From Candidatus Krumholzibacteriia bacterium (lineage in GTDB: Bacteria > Krumholzibacteriota > Krumholzibacteriia > Krumholzibacteriales > Krumholzibacteriaceae): a stretch of DNA of 64,000 nucleotides. The notes under the pieces were generated by a model, which was not told the DNA's origin, did no database searches, and saw only the letters and a program-made list of their open reading frames with translations. A program made the position numbers and the translations under genes. The number at the start of each line of letters is the position of its first letter. Position 1 is the stretch's first letter. Below are positions 39,320 to 50,225 of the stretch, piece after piece. Where the stretch lies: contig CAWIIQ010000001.1 in NCBI GenBank assembly GCA_963836185.1, forward strand, positions 896,001-960,000, in the 5' to 3' direction.

Positions 39320-40665
39320 ATGCGCCTGTTTTCGATGATTATGATAGCGCTCATCCTGGCAGTCCCCGCAGCGGCCGGGGATATCGAATTCAAGGACTAC
39401 TTCACCGACGGCTGTCTCAGGGTGGACCTCTATCACACCGGCACGGCCGAGACCGAGACATACTCTCTCGACGAGCTGATCCGAGAGCCGCACTGGGGCG
39501 GAAATCCGAAGCGGCTGCTCGATACGATGAATCTCGGGGGCCATATAGTGCGCGTATACGACCTCGAGACGAACAGGGAGATCTTCTCGCGCGGATACTG
39601 CTCCCTTTTCGGTGAGTGGGCGACTACCGACGAGGCGATAGAGGGCTTTCCCCGGACATTCCATGAGACTCTCCTGATACCGATGCCGAAGAGCCCCGTG
39701 CAGATACGGATAGACAGGCGCGATCGCAGGAACATCTTCAGAAACGTATACGACCTCGTCGTCGATCCTGACGACTACCATATTACAACCGAGACGAGGT
39801 TCTCGGCATTCAGGACCCGGCCGATAGAAAACAACGGTTCGCCGGCAAACAAGGTCGACCTGGCGATACTGGCCGACGGGTACGACAAGGACGAGATCCA
39901 CAAGCTGCGCGATGACGTGAAGCGTTTTATGAAGGTCTTCTTCGAGACCGAACCGATGGCGAGCAGGCGCAAGGATTTCAACGTGACGCTCATCGAGAGC
40001 GTGTCGGCCGAGTCGGGGGTAGACAATCCGAGGAAGGAAGTCTATCGCGACAACCTGCTCGGACTCTCGTTCAATACTTTCGATCTCGACAGGTACATGC
40101 TTTCGTTCGCTAACAAGACGATCAGGGATGTCGCCGCGAAGGTCCCATATGACCTCGTTATCCTCCTGGCCAACGAGGAGAAGTACGGGGGAGGGGGCAT
40201 CTTCAATCTCTACGCGACCTGCATCTCGGACAACGAGCATGACGGTTACATCTTCACGCACGAGTTCGGACACGCCTTCGCGGGGCTCGGCGACGAGTAC
40301 TACTCATCCGCGGTCGCCTACAACGAGATGTATCCGCAGGGGAATCGAGCCGTGGGAACCGAACATCACAGCGCTGCTCGACGAAGAGAACGTCAAGTGG
40401 GGCGATATGATCAGGAAAGGTACCCCGGTGCCCACGCCCTGACGACTCGCTTCACACCGATGTCGTCGGATGCTTCGAGGGAGCGGGATACTCGGCCGAG
40501 GGACTGTACAGGCCGTATCATACATGCAGGATGTTCGAGAAGGGCCTCATCGATTTCTGCCCCGTCTGTGAAAAGGCGCTCGATGACATGATAGACTTCC
40601 ATACCAGGCTAACCCGCTCTGTGTTCAAAAGCAAAGGGGCTGGAGTTATCTCCAGCCCCTTCTAA
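39320..40665 (+). CDS. Peptidase M64 (IgA peptidase family), with frameshifts near 40340 and 40440
   Basis: Signal peptide; YGGGGIFN, HEFGHAFAGLGDEY; EPWEPNIT, FEGAGY..G.YRP and FCPVC continue in shifted frames. Confidence 0.85.
40634..40661. terminator. Hairpin between convergent genes (probable terminator)
   Basis: AAGGGGCTGGAG-ttat-CTCCAGCCCCTT. Confidence 0.65.
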
Positions 40666-40693
40666 TATATCACTTCATTATTCTTCCCGATGA

Positions 40694-41197
40694 TCACGGC
40701 CCGAAGTGCATCAACCTGTCACCCCTGAGGAAATCGTCGAGGTCCTGGTCGGTCGAGAGCTCGAACTGGTGATACTCGGCCTTCAGGATCGAGAGATGGC
40801 TGAGCTCCATGCTTGCGATATACTCGAGAAGCTTCCTGCTGTTCGGGTCGCGTGTCTTCGACGCGAGATCGGAATAGAAGACGCTGGCCTGCTGCTCCGC
40901 CTCCATGGCGACCTCGAAGAGCTCCTTCATCCCGGCGTCATCGCCGAGATCTCCCGGCATCGGGACGATAGTGTTCTTGGGGACCTTGGCCTCTACATCG
41001 GGAAACTGGTCAGCGAAGGCCTTCCTCATGAAATCTTCGTGGCGCTTCTCCTGGCCTATCAGGTAGTCCATCGTCTCCTGCATCTCCTTTGCGCCGGCCA
41101 TCTCCTTCATCTTCGTATAGAGGGTCTGCGCGGCCATCTCGGCCTTAATCCCTATCGTGAGAACCTCGAGAGTCGTAAGATCTTGTCTTTCTTCCAT
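40694..41197 (-). CDS. Ferritin-like / rubrerythrin-family protein
   Basis: Two ExxH motifs (EKRH, ELSH) with E..A..Y helices. Confidence 0.85.
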   Translation of the reverse strand: MEERQDLTTLEVLTIGIKAEMAAQTLYTKMKEMAGAKEMQETMDYLIGQEKRHEDFMRKAFADQFPDVEAKVPKNTIVPMPGDLGDDAGMKELFEVAMEAEQQASVFYSDLASKTRDPNSRKLLEYIASMELSHLSILKAEYHQFELSTDQDLDDFLRGDRLMHFGP

Positions 41198-41269
41198 TAC
41201 TGTCCTTTCGGGTATTGTCTTCGTAATCGTTACAAATCAAGATATCGCTGTTTCATGTAAATGTCAAAT

Positions 41270-42019
41270 TCAGAGGGTCATGCCCCCGTCAACGACTATC
41301 GTCTGTCCCTGTATCCACCGCGCCTCTTCAGAGAGGAGGAAGGCTACGACCGGAGCGATCTCCTCCGGCTCGGCGATCCTTCCCTGTGGCGCTTTCGCCG
41401 TCCATTCCTCGAGTAGCTCTTCCTTGTCGGGGAAGAAGTCGAGGGCCTCGGTGTGTATCGGGCCGCCCGATACGGCGTTGACGCCGATACCGCGCGCCGC
41501 GAGTTCCTTCCCGAAGTACCGTACCAGGGCCTCCAGCGCCGCCTTGCTCGCGCCGACGGCCGTGTACCCCGACAGGCAGGTATGGCTGCCTATCGATGAG
41601 ATCGCCACTGCCCGGCCGCCCGACTCGGGAAATATCTTCACTGCCTGCTGCATCAGCAGCATGAAGGAGCGGGCGTTCGTGTTGATCGCCTTGTCCCAGC
41701 CGAGCCTGCCGATCCTGTCAGCCGGTCCCAGCACTCCCGACACTGCGTTGGAGACAAGAAGATCGATATGACCGAACTGCTCCTTGATCGACTTGAACAG
41801 TTCCTTGATCGAATTGTGATCGGAAACATCGGCCTGGAGCACGATGCACTCGACGCCTAGCGCCCTGACCTCTTCGGCGGTCTTTTCAGCCGTCTCTGAG
41901 TTCTTCACGTAATTGATCACGATATCAGTGCCGTGCCGGGCCAGCTCGAACGATATAGCCCTGCCGAGTCCCCGTGAACCGCCCGTTATGAGCGCCTTCT
42001 TTCCTTTAAAATGAGACAT
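41270..42019 (-). CDS. SDR oxidoreductase, FabL-like enoyl-ACP reductase
   Basis: TGGSRGLG, NAVSGVL, YTAVGASK (Yx6K), VNAVSGG. Confidence 0.85.
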   Translation of the reverse strand: MSHFKGKKALITGGSRGLGRAISFELARHGTDIVINYVKNSETAEKTAEEVRALGVECIVLQADVSDHNSIKELFKSIKEQFGHIDLLVSNAVSGVLGPADRIGRLGWDKAINTNARSFMLLMQQAVKIFPESGGRAVAISSIGSHTCLSGYTAVGASKAALEALVRYFGKELAARGIGVNAVSGGPIHTEALDFFPDKEELLEEWTAKAPQGRIAEPEEIAPVVAFLLSEEARWIQGQTIVVDGGMTL

Positions 42020-42022
42020 TGT

Positions 42023-42958
42023 CTACCATCCCGCGCTGGCGCCTTCACCTTCCAGGTATTTCAGGGCATCGATTGCGGCTCTGCATCCGCTGCCTGCCGC
42101 CGATATCCCCTGCTTGTATCTCGTATCACCGACATCGCCGGCTACGAATATTCCCGGTACCGACGTAGTCGAGTTCTCTCCGCCCTTTATATACCCGTGG
42201 TCGTCGAGCTCGACCTTGCCGGCAAATACGCCGGTCGCGGGGTCGTGTCCGATAGCCACGAAGACCCCATCGACGGGGAGCTCGGTCGTTTCGTCTGTCT
42301 TCACGTTCCTCAGGACGACCGCGGTGACCTTTCCCTCAGCCTTGTCGAGTATGTCGACCGGGACCGAGTCCCAGATGATCTCGACCTTCTCGTTCTCCAT
42401 CGTCTTTTTGACCATCGCTGCCCCGGCCCTGAGCTCATCGCGTCTGTGCACGAGATAGACCTTCTTGGCGAAGCGGGTAAGGAAGGTGGCTTCCTCCGTC
42501 GCCGCGTCTCCGCCGCCGATGACGGCGACTACCCGGTCCTGGAAGAAGAAACCGTCGCATGTCGCGCATGCCGACACGCCCTTGCCGCGAAGCTCCTGCT
42601 CCGACTCGAGGCCGAGCCATCTCGACGATGAGCCTGTCGCGATGATCACGCTCTTCGCCTCGAAGATGTCGCTGCCCACGGTAAGCTTGAAGGGGCTGCT
42701 GCCTGTCTCTATAGCGGAGAGTTCTCCCGACTTGAACTCGGCTCCGAACTTCTCAGCCTGCTTGCGCATCCGGCCCATAAGCTCGGGGCCCTGTATCCCC
42801 TCGGGGAAACCGGGGAAGTTCTCGACCTCTGATGTGATCATCAGCTGTCCGCCCGGGGCCATCCCGTCGACAACGGCTGTCTTGAGGTCGGAGCGCCCTG
42901 TGTATATAGCCGCGGTGAGCCCGGCAGGCCCTGATCCGATTATCGCTACGTCATACAT
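42023..42958 (-). CDS. trxB: Thioredoxin reductase
   Basis: GSGPAG, GGQL, ENFPGF, CATCDG, GGGDAA.EEA, AGDV. Confidence 0.96.
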   Translation of the reverse strand: MYDVAIIGSGPAGLTAAIYTGRSDLKTAVVDGMAPGGQLMITSEVENFPGFPEGIQGPELMGRMRKQAEKFGAEFKSGELSAIETGSSPFKLTVGSDIFEAKSVIIATGSSSRWLGLESEQELRGKGVSACATCDGFFFQDRVVAVIGGGDAATEEATFLTRFAKKVYLVHRRDELRAGAAMVKKTMENEKVEIIWDSVPVDILDKAEGKVTAVVLRNVKTDETTELPVDGVFVAIGHDPATGVFAGKVELDDHGYIKGGENSTTSVPGIFVAGDVGDTRYKQGISAAGSGCRAAIDALKYLEGEGASAGW

Positions 42959-43039
42959 TTTAGAATCCTCCCGAAGGTTTGATTATCGTGTTTGCGGAAA
43001 TGGAAGTATAGGAGGGGAAAGGCGCTGACTCAAGCGAAA

Positions 43040-43897
43040 TCATTTCTTTCCGGCGCGCAGGCTCCTCAGCAGTGCTAGATTCCTCACGTCATCCTGGAGG
43101 TCGGCCTCCTTGGGCGTCTCGAGCACCATTGCCCTGTCCATAAAACGTTTGTCCTTCATCAGATAGGAAAACGCGTCGATGCCGATCTCTCCCTGCCCTA
43201 TATGGGTATGCCTGTCCTTGTGGCTTCCGAACTCCTTCATCGAGTCGTTTAGATGGAAGGCCTTGAGATAATCGAAGCCTACCGTCTCATCCAGGGCCTT
43301 GAATGTGGCGTTGTATTTACTTTTTGTCCTTATGTCGTACCCGGCGGTGAAGGCGTGGCAGGTGTCATAACATATCCCAGCCCTCGACTTGTCCTCGATA
43401 AGGTCTATGATTGCGGCGAGTTCCTCGAATGTCGAACCGATCGTGTTCCCGGCGCCGGCGGTTATCTCGAGAAGGATCGATGTGTCGTCGCCTGCTGTCT
43501 CTTCGTAGATCCGGTTGATGGTGGCTGCGATCGTCTCAATACCCTGGTCGACACCTGATCCCCTGTGCGAGCCCGGATGGAGTACGAGATAGGGGATGCC
43601 GAGCACAGCGCATCGCTGCAGCTCGACAAGGAGGGCATCGGTCGATTTCTTGAGAAGCTCGGAATCGGGCGAGGCGATATTTATCAGGTAGCTCGTATGA
43701 GCGATGATAAATCCCGGCGTGAACGACTCGCTCTCCTCGTGGAAGAGATCGATCTCCTCGGTGGTCAACGTCTTTGCCCGCCACTGGTTCGAGCTCTTCA
43801 CGAAAAGCTGCACCGCGTTGCAGTCGATCGACTTTCCGCGCTGCAGCGCGAGGTGGACGCCCCCCGATATCGACATGTGCGCTCCGAGATTCATCAT
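43040..43897 (-). CDS. nfo: Endonuclease IV
   Basis: GAHMSISGG, HTSYLIN, HPGSH, DTCHAF, HLNDS, DRH, ETP. Confidence 0.95.
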   Translation of the reverse strand: MMNLGAHMSISGGVHLALQRGKSIDCNAVQLFVKSSNQWRAKTLTTEEIDLFHEESESFTPGFIIAHTSYLINIASPDSELLKKSTDALLVELQRCAVLGIPYLVLHPGSHRGSGVDQGIETIAATINRIYEETAGDDTSILLEITAGAGNTIGSTFEELAAIIDLIEDKSRAGICYDTCHAFTAGYDIRTKSKYNATFKALDETVGFDYLKAFHLNDSMKEFGSHKDRHTHIGQGEIGIDAFSYLMKDKRFMDRAMVLETPKEADLQDDVRNLALLRSLRAGKK

Positions 43898-43964
43898 GCC
43901 TCCTTGCCAGAACCCCCGGTCCGGTAGTAATATCACATACAGGCTCATAGATGCGAGGTGGAAA

Positions 43965-44288
43965 ATGACTGAAGAGCAAAGACACGAAGAAGAGGATGAT
44001 GAAGGGCTGGTCCAACTGATCTCCGTCCAGGGGGAGATGAACGCCCAGGTGATCATCGGCCTCCTCGAATCAGAGGGTATCGAGGGGATGATGAAATCTA
44101 ACCAGACGTTCAGCGCACTCCCGTTCACGGTCGACGGCATGGGGGCCGTCAGGATCATGGTCAGGAAGGAAGACCTCGAAAAGGCTAAGAAGGTCCTGGA
44201 GGCATACAGCAGTGAAGAGGACGAGGATAATCCTTCGCTGAAAAAGGAATTGACCGAATGGACCCCGCCCGAGGGGACGGCTCACTAG
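43965..44288 (+). CDS. DUF2007-like small protein
   Basis: A.VI.GLLESEGI, V.I.V...D.EKA; GAGGTGG RBS. Confidence 0.75.
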   Translation: MTEEQRHEEEDDEGLVQLISVQGEMNAQVIIGLLESEGIEGMMKSNQTFSALPFTVDGMGAVRIMVRKEDLEKAKKVLEAYSSEEDEDNPSLKKELTEWTPPEGTAH

Positions 44289-44351
44289 GATCTGCCGATT
44301 CGCACTTGCCCGCCGGAGCGAGAGTCGTTATCATAGATTCTGCCACAGGGT

Positions 44352-44427
44352 GGGAGCTTAACTCAGTGGTTAGAGTGCTACCTTCACACGGTAGAAGTCA
44401 CAGGTTCAAATCCTGTAGTTCCCACCA
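44352..44427 (+). tRNA. tRNA-Val(CAC)
   Basis: Cloverleaf; CTACC-TT CAC AC-GGTAG anticodon arm; 3' CCA. Confidence 0.95.
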
Positions 44428-44601
44428 TCATTCTTAACGTTGACAGATAAGAATGATTCCCCATAGAATCCACACATTACGAAATAAATCAGTTTTGCTC
44501 CGGGTCGGACATCCGGCATCCGGCACAGGAGGACCATTATCGGGCAATGATGTGTTTGGAAGTTTTTCCGGCGTATTACTTACAATCAGGAGGAATCGGT
44601 T

Positions 44602-45006
44602 ATGGGAATGATGAAGGAATTCAAGGAATTCGCTATGAGAGGGAATGTCGTCGATATGGCCGTTGGTATAATCATCGGCGCGGCATTCGGAAAGATCGTC
44701 TCCTCATTCGTTGGTGATGTTCTTATGCCTCCGATCGGTGTGCTTCTCGGTGGAGTCGATTTCAGCTCCCTCGCGATCACGATCAAGGCGGCCGTGGGGG
44801 AGACTCCCGCTGTCATGGTCAGCTATGGCAAGTTCATCCAGACCATCATCGATTTCATAATCATCGCGTTCGCGGTATTCATGGCGATAAAAGGGATGAA
44901 TTCGATGAAGAAGAAAGAGGAAGAAGCACCGGCAGCTCCGCCGAAGCCCTCTGCCGAAGAAGTATTGCTCGGTGAGATCCGTGATCTGATGAAAGAGCGT
45001 AACTAG
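44602..45006 (+). CDS. mscL: Large-conductance mechanosensitive channel
   Basis: [35 protein letters not shown]. Confidence 0.97.
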   Translation: MGMMKEFKEFAMRGNVVDMAVGIIIGAAFGKIVSSFVGDVLMPPIGVLLGGVDFSSLAITIKAAVGETPAVMVSYGKFIQTIIDFIIIAFAVFMAIKGMNSMKKKEEEAPAAPPKPSAEEVLLGEIRDLMKERN

Positions 45007-45051
45007 GATATTTGCCACATGCGGATTCCGCAGTCCAAGGAAGGATCTTTG

Positions 45052-46128
45052 ATGTCGGACAGGATGATCAATCAGTTCATGGAGATGGTACAGATAGACA
45101 GCGAGTCGGGTGAGGAAGCGGCGATGATCGAGTATCTCCACAAGGAGTTCACATCGATGGGCGCCGACTCGACGATAGACAGCTACGGCAACCTCGTCGC
45201 GAAGTTCCCCGAGAAGGGATGCTCGGGCAAGCCTCCGATCCTCCTGTCATGCCATGCCGATACGGTGCAGCCCGGCAAGGGCATCAAGCCTGTCCTGAAG
45301 GACGGAGTGATCCGCTCTGAGGGCGACACGATACTCGGCGCCGACGACAAGGCCGGGATCGCCGAGATGCTCGAGGCTCTCAGGACCGCCGAGGTCCATC
45401 CGCCGGTCGAGGTGGCGATCAGCCGCCAGGAAGAGGTCGGGCTGCTCGGCGTCAAGAACATGGACTTCAGCCTGATCACAGCGAAGATCGGATTCCTGCT
45501 CGACAACGACACCCTCGATACGATCGTGATCGGCGGGCCTTCGTACTTTGCCATCGACGTCGAGATAAAGGGCAAGGCGGCTCATGCCGGGATGGAGCCG
45601 GAGAAGGGTATCAACGCGATCCAGGCAGCCGCGAAGGCGATCGCCGCCCTGGAGCTCGGCCGACTCGACACCGACACGACAGCAAACGTCGGCGTCATAA
45701 AGGGCGGGCTCATCCGTAACGGTGTTCCCGACAACGCCAGTTTCCTCGCCGAGGCGAGAAGCCTCAACCACGAGAAGGGGCAGGCGCTCGCCGACAGGAT
45801 GGTGGCCACGATAAAGGCGGAGGTCGAGGGCTTCGGAGCCGAGGTCGAGATCAAGGTCGACAACCTCTGCAAGGCCGTCGATATCCCCGAGGATTCGAAT
45901 ACGGTCGAGATATCGAAGAAGGCGCTGAAGACTGTCGGGATCGATGCCGAGACGACATTCATCACCGGATTCACCGACGCATCGATCTACAACAACGAGG
46001 GGATCGAGGTCGCGGTCGTCGGTATCGGCGCGCATGACGAGCATTCGACCGACGAGCACATCGCCGTCGCAGACATGGAGAAGGCGCTGAAGATGATCAT
46101 CGAGATCATGCGTCTCTGCGCGGAGTAG
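45052..46128 (+). CDS. M20-family peptidase (peptidase T-like)
   Basis: HADTV, LGADDKAG, QEEVG, GKAAHAG, HSTDE. Confidence 0.9.
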   Translation: MSDRMINQFMEMVQIDSESGEEAAMIEYLHKEFTSMGADSTIDSYGNLVAKFPEKGCSGKPPILLSCHADTVQPGKGIKPVLKDGVIRSEGDTILGADDKAGIAEMLEALRTAEVHPPVEVAISRQEEVGLLGVKNMDFSLITAKIGFLLDNDTLDTIVIGGPSYFAIDVEIKGKAAHAGMEPEKGINAIQAAAKAIAALELGRLDTDTTANVGVIKGGLIRNGVPDNASFLAEARSLNHEKGQALADRMVATIKAEVEGFGAEVEIKVDNLCKAVDIPEDSNTVEISKKALKTVGIDAETTFITGFTDASIYNNEGIEVAVVGIGAHDEHSTDEHIAVADMEKALKMIIEIMRLCAE

Positions 46129-46132
46129 TTAT

Positions 46133-49100
46133 TTAGGAGATATGGCCCTTGAAGATGACAGAGGTTCCTTCCCCCGGGGAGGAACCTACTGTCAGGGTAC
46201 CCTTTATACGCTCGGCCCGTTCCTTCATGTTCCTCAGGCCGTTTCCGTCGCGCGCTTCATCGATCACGAATCCATTTCCATCATCGACAAGCTGCATGAC
46301 GAGATTTTTCCCCGACAGCTCTACCTTCAGGGATATCTCTTTCGCGCCGCTGTACTTCAGGCTGTTGTTCAGCGCTTCCTTGAAGATGAGGAAGAGGTTC
46401 TGCCGGTATTCCATGCTGAGCCTGACATTCTTCAGTGATTCGAGATTCTGCGTATTAAAATGAATGTCGGTGGCGTGAATCGTCTCCTTGAACGAATCGC
46501 CGAGCCTCGAGATCAGGTCGTACAGTGAATCCCGCCGGGGATTCACCAGCCATACGATATCGCTCATGCTGTCGATAAGATGCCTCGAGGTTGTTCCGAT
46601 CCGCTCTATCTCCGGGGTGACAAGGCCTTTTGATTCCGGTGGCAGTTTGCGCGTGATTACCTCTCCCATGATCGAGATCTCGGTCAGCCCCGCGCCGATA
46701 TCATCGTGGAGGTCGGCTGCGATCTTGCTTCGCAGGCGCTCGATCGCCAGAAGCTGTCTTACGCGGTAGGTGATCAGGATCACGATGCCGCCTGTCAGCA
46801 CCAGGGCGGCGAGAGTGATGAACCACCATCTCTTCCAGAAGGGGGGAGTGATGATGATCCTGATAGATGCGACCTCGTCGCTCCAGACCCCGTCCCCGTT
46901 TGTGCCCCTTACCTTGAATACGTACTTGCCGGCGCCGACATTCGTGTAACCGGCAAACCTTCTCGTGCCGGCGTTGGTCCATTCCCTGTCGAGACCCTCG
47001 AGAATGTACGAGTACCGGTTTCTGTCCGGTTTTGAGAAATCGAGAGAAGCGAACTCGAATGAGAAGTAATTGTCCCTGTAGGACAGGGTGATCTCTTCGG
47101 TGCTGGAGATCGATCGCTCGAGTTCTGCCGGTTCGTCGAATATATTGAACCCGGTCAGTACGACAGGAGCATTGAAGGTGCTTTCATCGAGACTGTCGGG
47201 ATGGAACTCGGTGGCGCCGTCGACTCCTCCGAATATGAAGGTGCCATCGTCAGTCGTCGCAGAATGTCCCGGTGTTGAACTCGTTGCCGTGCAGGCCGTC
47301 ACGGGTGTCGAAATTCCTGAATGTCTCAGTTTCGGGGTCGAGGCGGGAGATACCGTAATTGGTGCTGAGCCACAGGGTGCCGCCCGTGTCTTCGAGAATT
47401 CCGTAGATAACGTCATTGGGAAGCCCGTCCTTCACCAGGTACCGCGTGAATACCGGCCGTTCCCGGTCCTCTTTCCGCAGGCGGGACAGGCCCTGCATCG
47501 TCCCGAACCAGAGGTCCCCGTTTTTCGCCTCATGGATAGTCAGGATGTAGCTGTTGCTCAGCGAACGGGGATCGGAAGGTTCATGGAAATACCGGGATAT
47601 GTCAGCTATCGAGACGGGCGGCAATGACGGGTCCATCTTATTCTTCGTGAAGGTGATCCTGTTCAGGCCGTCCGCGGTGCCCAGCCAGAAGATTCCTCTG
47701 CTGTCCTGAAGGATAGTTATTGTCTTGTAACTGCTGATACTTCCGGAATCGCCGGGGCGGGAGTTGAAATTCGTAAAGGTACCGGTCTCCGGAACGTAGT
47801 GGTCGAGTCCTCTGGATTCTGTGCAGAACCATATATCGCCGTCACTGTCCAGGTAGATATCGCGGACTACGTTGCTGCTGAGAGAATTCGGATCTTCAGA
47901 ATCATGTTTTAAAAAAAAGCTGTTGTTATCTGACGGATCAAAACGATATACACCATTCCTGTAACTGCTCAACCAGAGCCTGCCTTCATCATCCCAGTGC
48001 TGGGATCGAATATTCCCCTTTCTGCCATCAGGCCGCTTCTCCGGGATCTGGCTGTAATGTCTGTATTTACCCGTTTTCCGGCCGTAGCGGTCCAGATCCC
48101 CCGTATTGGTGCCGAACCAGATATCGCCGCGGGGACCACAGGAGACCGACCAGAGGATCCTGTCACTCAGGCTGTTCGGATCCGCGGGATCATGGATGTA
48201 ATGGCGGAACCTTGCTGTGCCCGGATCGGATGCGCTCAAACCGCCTCCGGAGTGGCCGGTCCACAGCATTCCACTCCTGTCCTCGCAGATCGATCTGATA
48301 CTGCTGCTCCCCAGGCTGCTCGGATCCGCAGGATCATGCCTGAAAGAACTGAATACATCTTTCTCACGATCGAGAAGGCACAATCCTCCCGCGACAGTCG
48401 CGAAATACAACCGGCCCCGCCTGTCCTCGTAGGCTTTCCTCAAATCATTGGTGCTGATACTGCCCGGATCGTCATCATCGTGAAGGTAATTGACGAACTG
48501 TCCCGATCCCGGATCGAAGCGGGAAAGGCCTCCTATCGTCGATATCCAGAGTATTCCCGAGCGGTCCCTGAGGATATGCCTGACATTATCATGAACAAGT
48601 GAACCGGATCCGGGGTCACCCGACCGATAGTGTGTGAATATTTCACTGTGGATGTCAAAACGGTCGAAGCCCGCACTTGTTGCGATCCACAGGATGCCGC
48701 TTGAATCCGGACATACGAATCTGACATTGTCGCTGGCCAGGCTGTTTTCTGAATCCCCGTCGTGAATGAATCTCCTGAATCCTCCGTTGCCCGGCGCGAG
48801 CATATTCAGTCCGCCATCCCGCGTCCCGATCCACATATTCCCGGACCGGTCCTGGTTTATCGAACGTATGCGGTTGCTGCTGATGCTGTTCGGATTCCCT
48901 GAATCGTGGAGGTAGCGGGTGAAGGTCCCGCTCTCATGATCGTATCGATTGAGCCCTGTCGAATAGGTGCCGGCCCATAGAAATCCATCACTGTCCACGA
49001 AGAGGCACCAGACATTGTTGTCGGAGAGTGATGCCGGATCATCCGGATCGTTCCTGAAAATGGTGAAATCATAGCCGTCGTACCGGTTAAGGCCGTCCTC

Positions 49101-49289
49101 CGTGCCGAACCACATGTAACCGGCATGGTCCTGGACAATCGTCTCTACCGTCGACTGGGAAAGGCCCTGCTCTATAGAGAAACGTTTGAACTGCATGCTC
49201 TGCCGAGAGAGAGCAGGCATGGACCAGTACAGGACGAGGAGCACTGTGCAGATCGTCAGTATCGTGCTTTTTCGGGATGGGAAATCCAT
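46133..49289 (-). CDS. Beta-propeller + Y_Y_Y + HisKA_3 sensor histidine kinase (frameshift near 47255-47270)
   Basis: Repeated LS.N.V..I..D..G.LW.GT units; Y_Y_Y domain; PPFW TM segment; IAADLHDDIG, EALNN..KY, DDGNGF, GNGL. Confidence 0.9.
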
Positions 49290-49401
49290 AAATCTCCGGA
49301 ATTGGTGGCTGTTTCCCCTGACATTACACCTATGGCTCCGATTCTAGACATTTTTCGTCTGTTAAACAAGCATCTTCGCTTTCCGGGACAATGTCTGAAT
49401 A

Positions 49402-49417
49402 CTACATATTCATGCGA
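49402..49417. promoter_or_regulatory. Putative response-regulator box in the divergent kinase/regulator promoter
   Basis: CTACAT-ATTC-ATGCGA, resembling the CCGCAT-N4-ATGCGG boxes at 52149 and 52201. Confidence 0.45.
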
Positions 49418-49484
49418 TTGATATAGATTCCCTCTTTGTATACAATCCGTTTGTAAGTGCGAGGAACCGGAGGAGGAGTCATTC

Positions 49485-50120
49485 ATGACGAGGATTGTAA
49501 TAGTCGAGGACAAGAAGCCTATCCGCGAGGGACTGGTCGTCCTGCTCGGTACTACCGAGGGAATCGAATGCGTCGCCGATTACGGCAACTGCGAGGATAT
49601 GCTCGCGAAGCTCGAGGCGGACAGGCCCGACGTGATCCTCATGGACATCGGGCTCCCGGGGATGTCGGGCATAGAGGGTACGAGGGAAGTGAAGAAGATA
49701 CTGCCCGAAGTGGTGATCATCGTCCTGTCCGTTTACGAGGATGATGAGAATATCTTCCAGGCGCTCTGCATGGGCGCGTCCGGTTATCTCGTCAAGAACA
49801 CTCCGCCGGCCCGCCTGATCGAGGCGGTCAAGGAGGCTCACGAGGGCGGCTCGCCGATGTCATCGAATATCGCCCGCCGGGTCGTCAATCTCTTCCAGAA
49901 GAACTTCGTTAATCCGGGAGACTCGGATGTGCAGCTGACCGAACGTGAGACCGAGGTTCTTTCGGGGCTCTCCGACGGCCAGAGCTACGTGTCAGTGGCC
50001 GACTCGCTCTTTATCAGCGTCGACACGGTCCGCTATCATATAAGGCACATCTACCAGAAACTCGAGGTCCACTCCCAGTCTGCAGCAGTGTCGAAAGCGA
50101 TCCGAAAGGGACTGATCTAG
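49485..50120 (+). CDS. NarL/LuxR-family response regulator
   Basis: IVED, MDIGLPGMSG, GYLVK; LTERETEVL...TVRYHIRHIYQKL HTH. Confidence 0.95.
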   Translation: MTRIVIVEDKKPIREGLVVLLGTTEGIECVADYGNCEDMLAKLEADRPDVILMDIGLPGMSGIEGTREVKKILPEVVIIVLSVYEDDENIFQALCMGASGYLVKNTPPARLIEAVKEAHEGGSPMSSNIARRVVNLFQKNFVNPGDSDVQLTERETEVLSGLSDGQSYVSVADSLFISVDTVRYHIRHIYQKLEVHSQSAAVSKAIRKGLI

Positions 50121-50150
50121 CCGGAGACAGCCGGTCGATCGACCCTGAAA

Positions 50151-50182
50151 AAAGCCGCTTCCGGTTTCCCGGAAGCGGCTTT
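50151..50182. terminator. Bidirectional intrinsic terminator
   Basis: AAAGCCGCTTCCGG-tttc-CCGGAAGCGGCTTT. Confidence 0.8.
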
Positions 50183-50225
50183 CCTGTGTACACTCAGCCT
50201 TTCGGCCGAGCATGCGGGGATCTTT

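Noticed and set aside
44352-46128. Genomic island integrated at tRNA-Val (tRNA-Glu also checked)
   Set aside because: No integrase and no duplicated tRNA 3' end seen; flanking genes are ordinary
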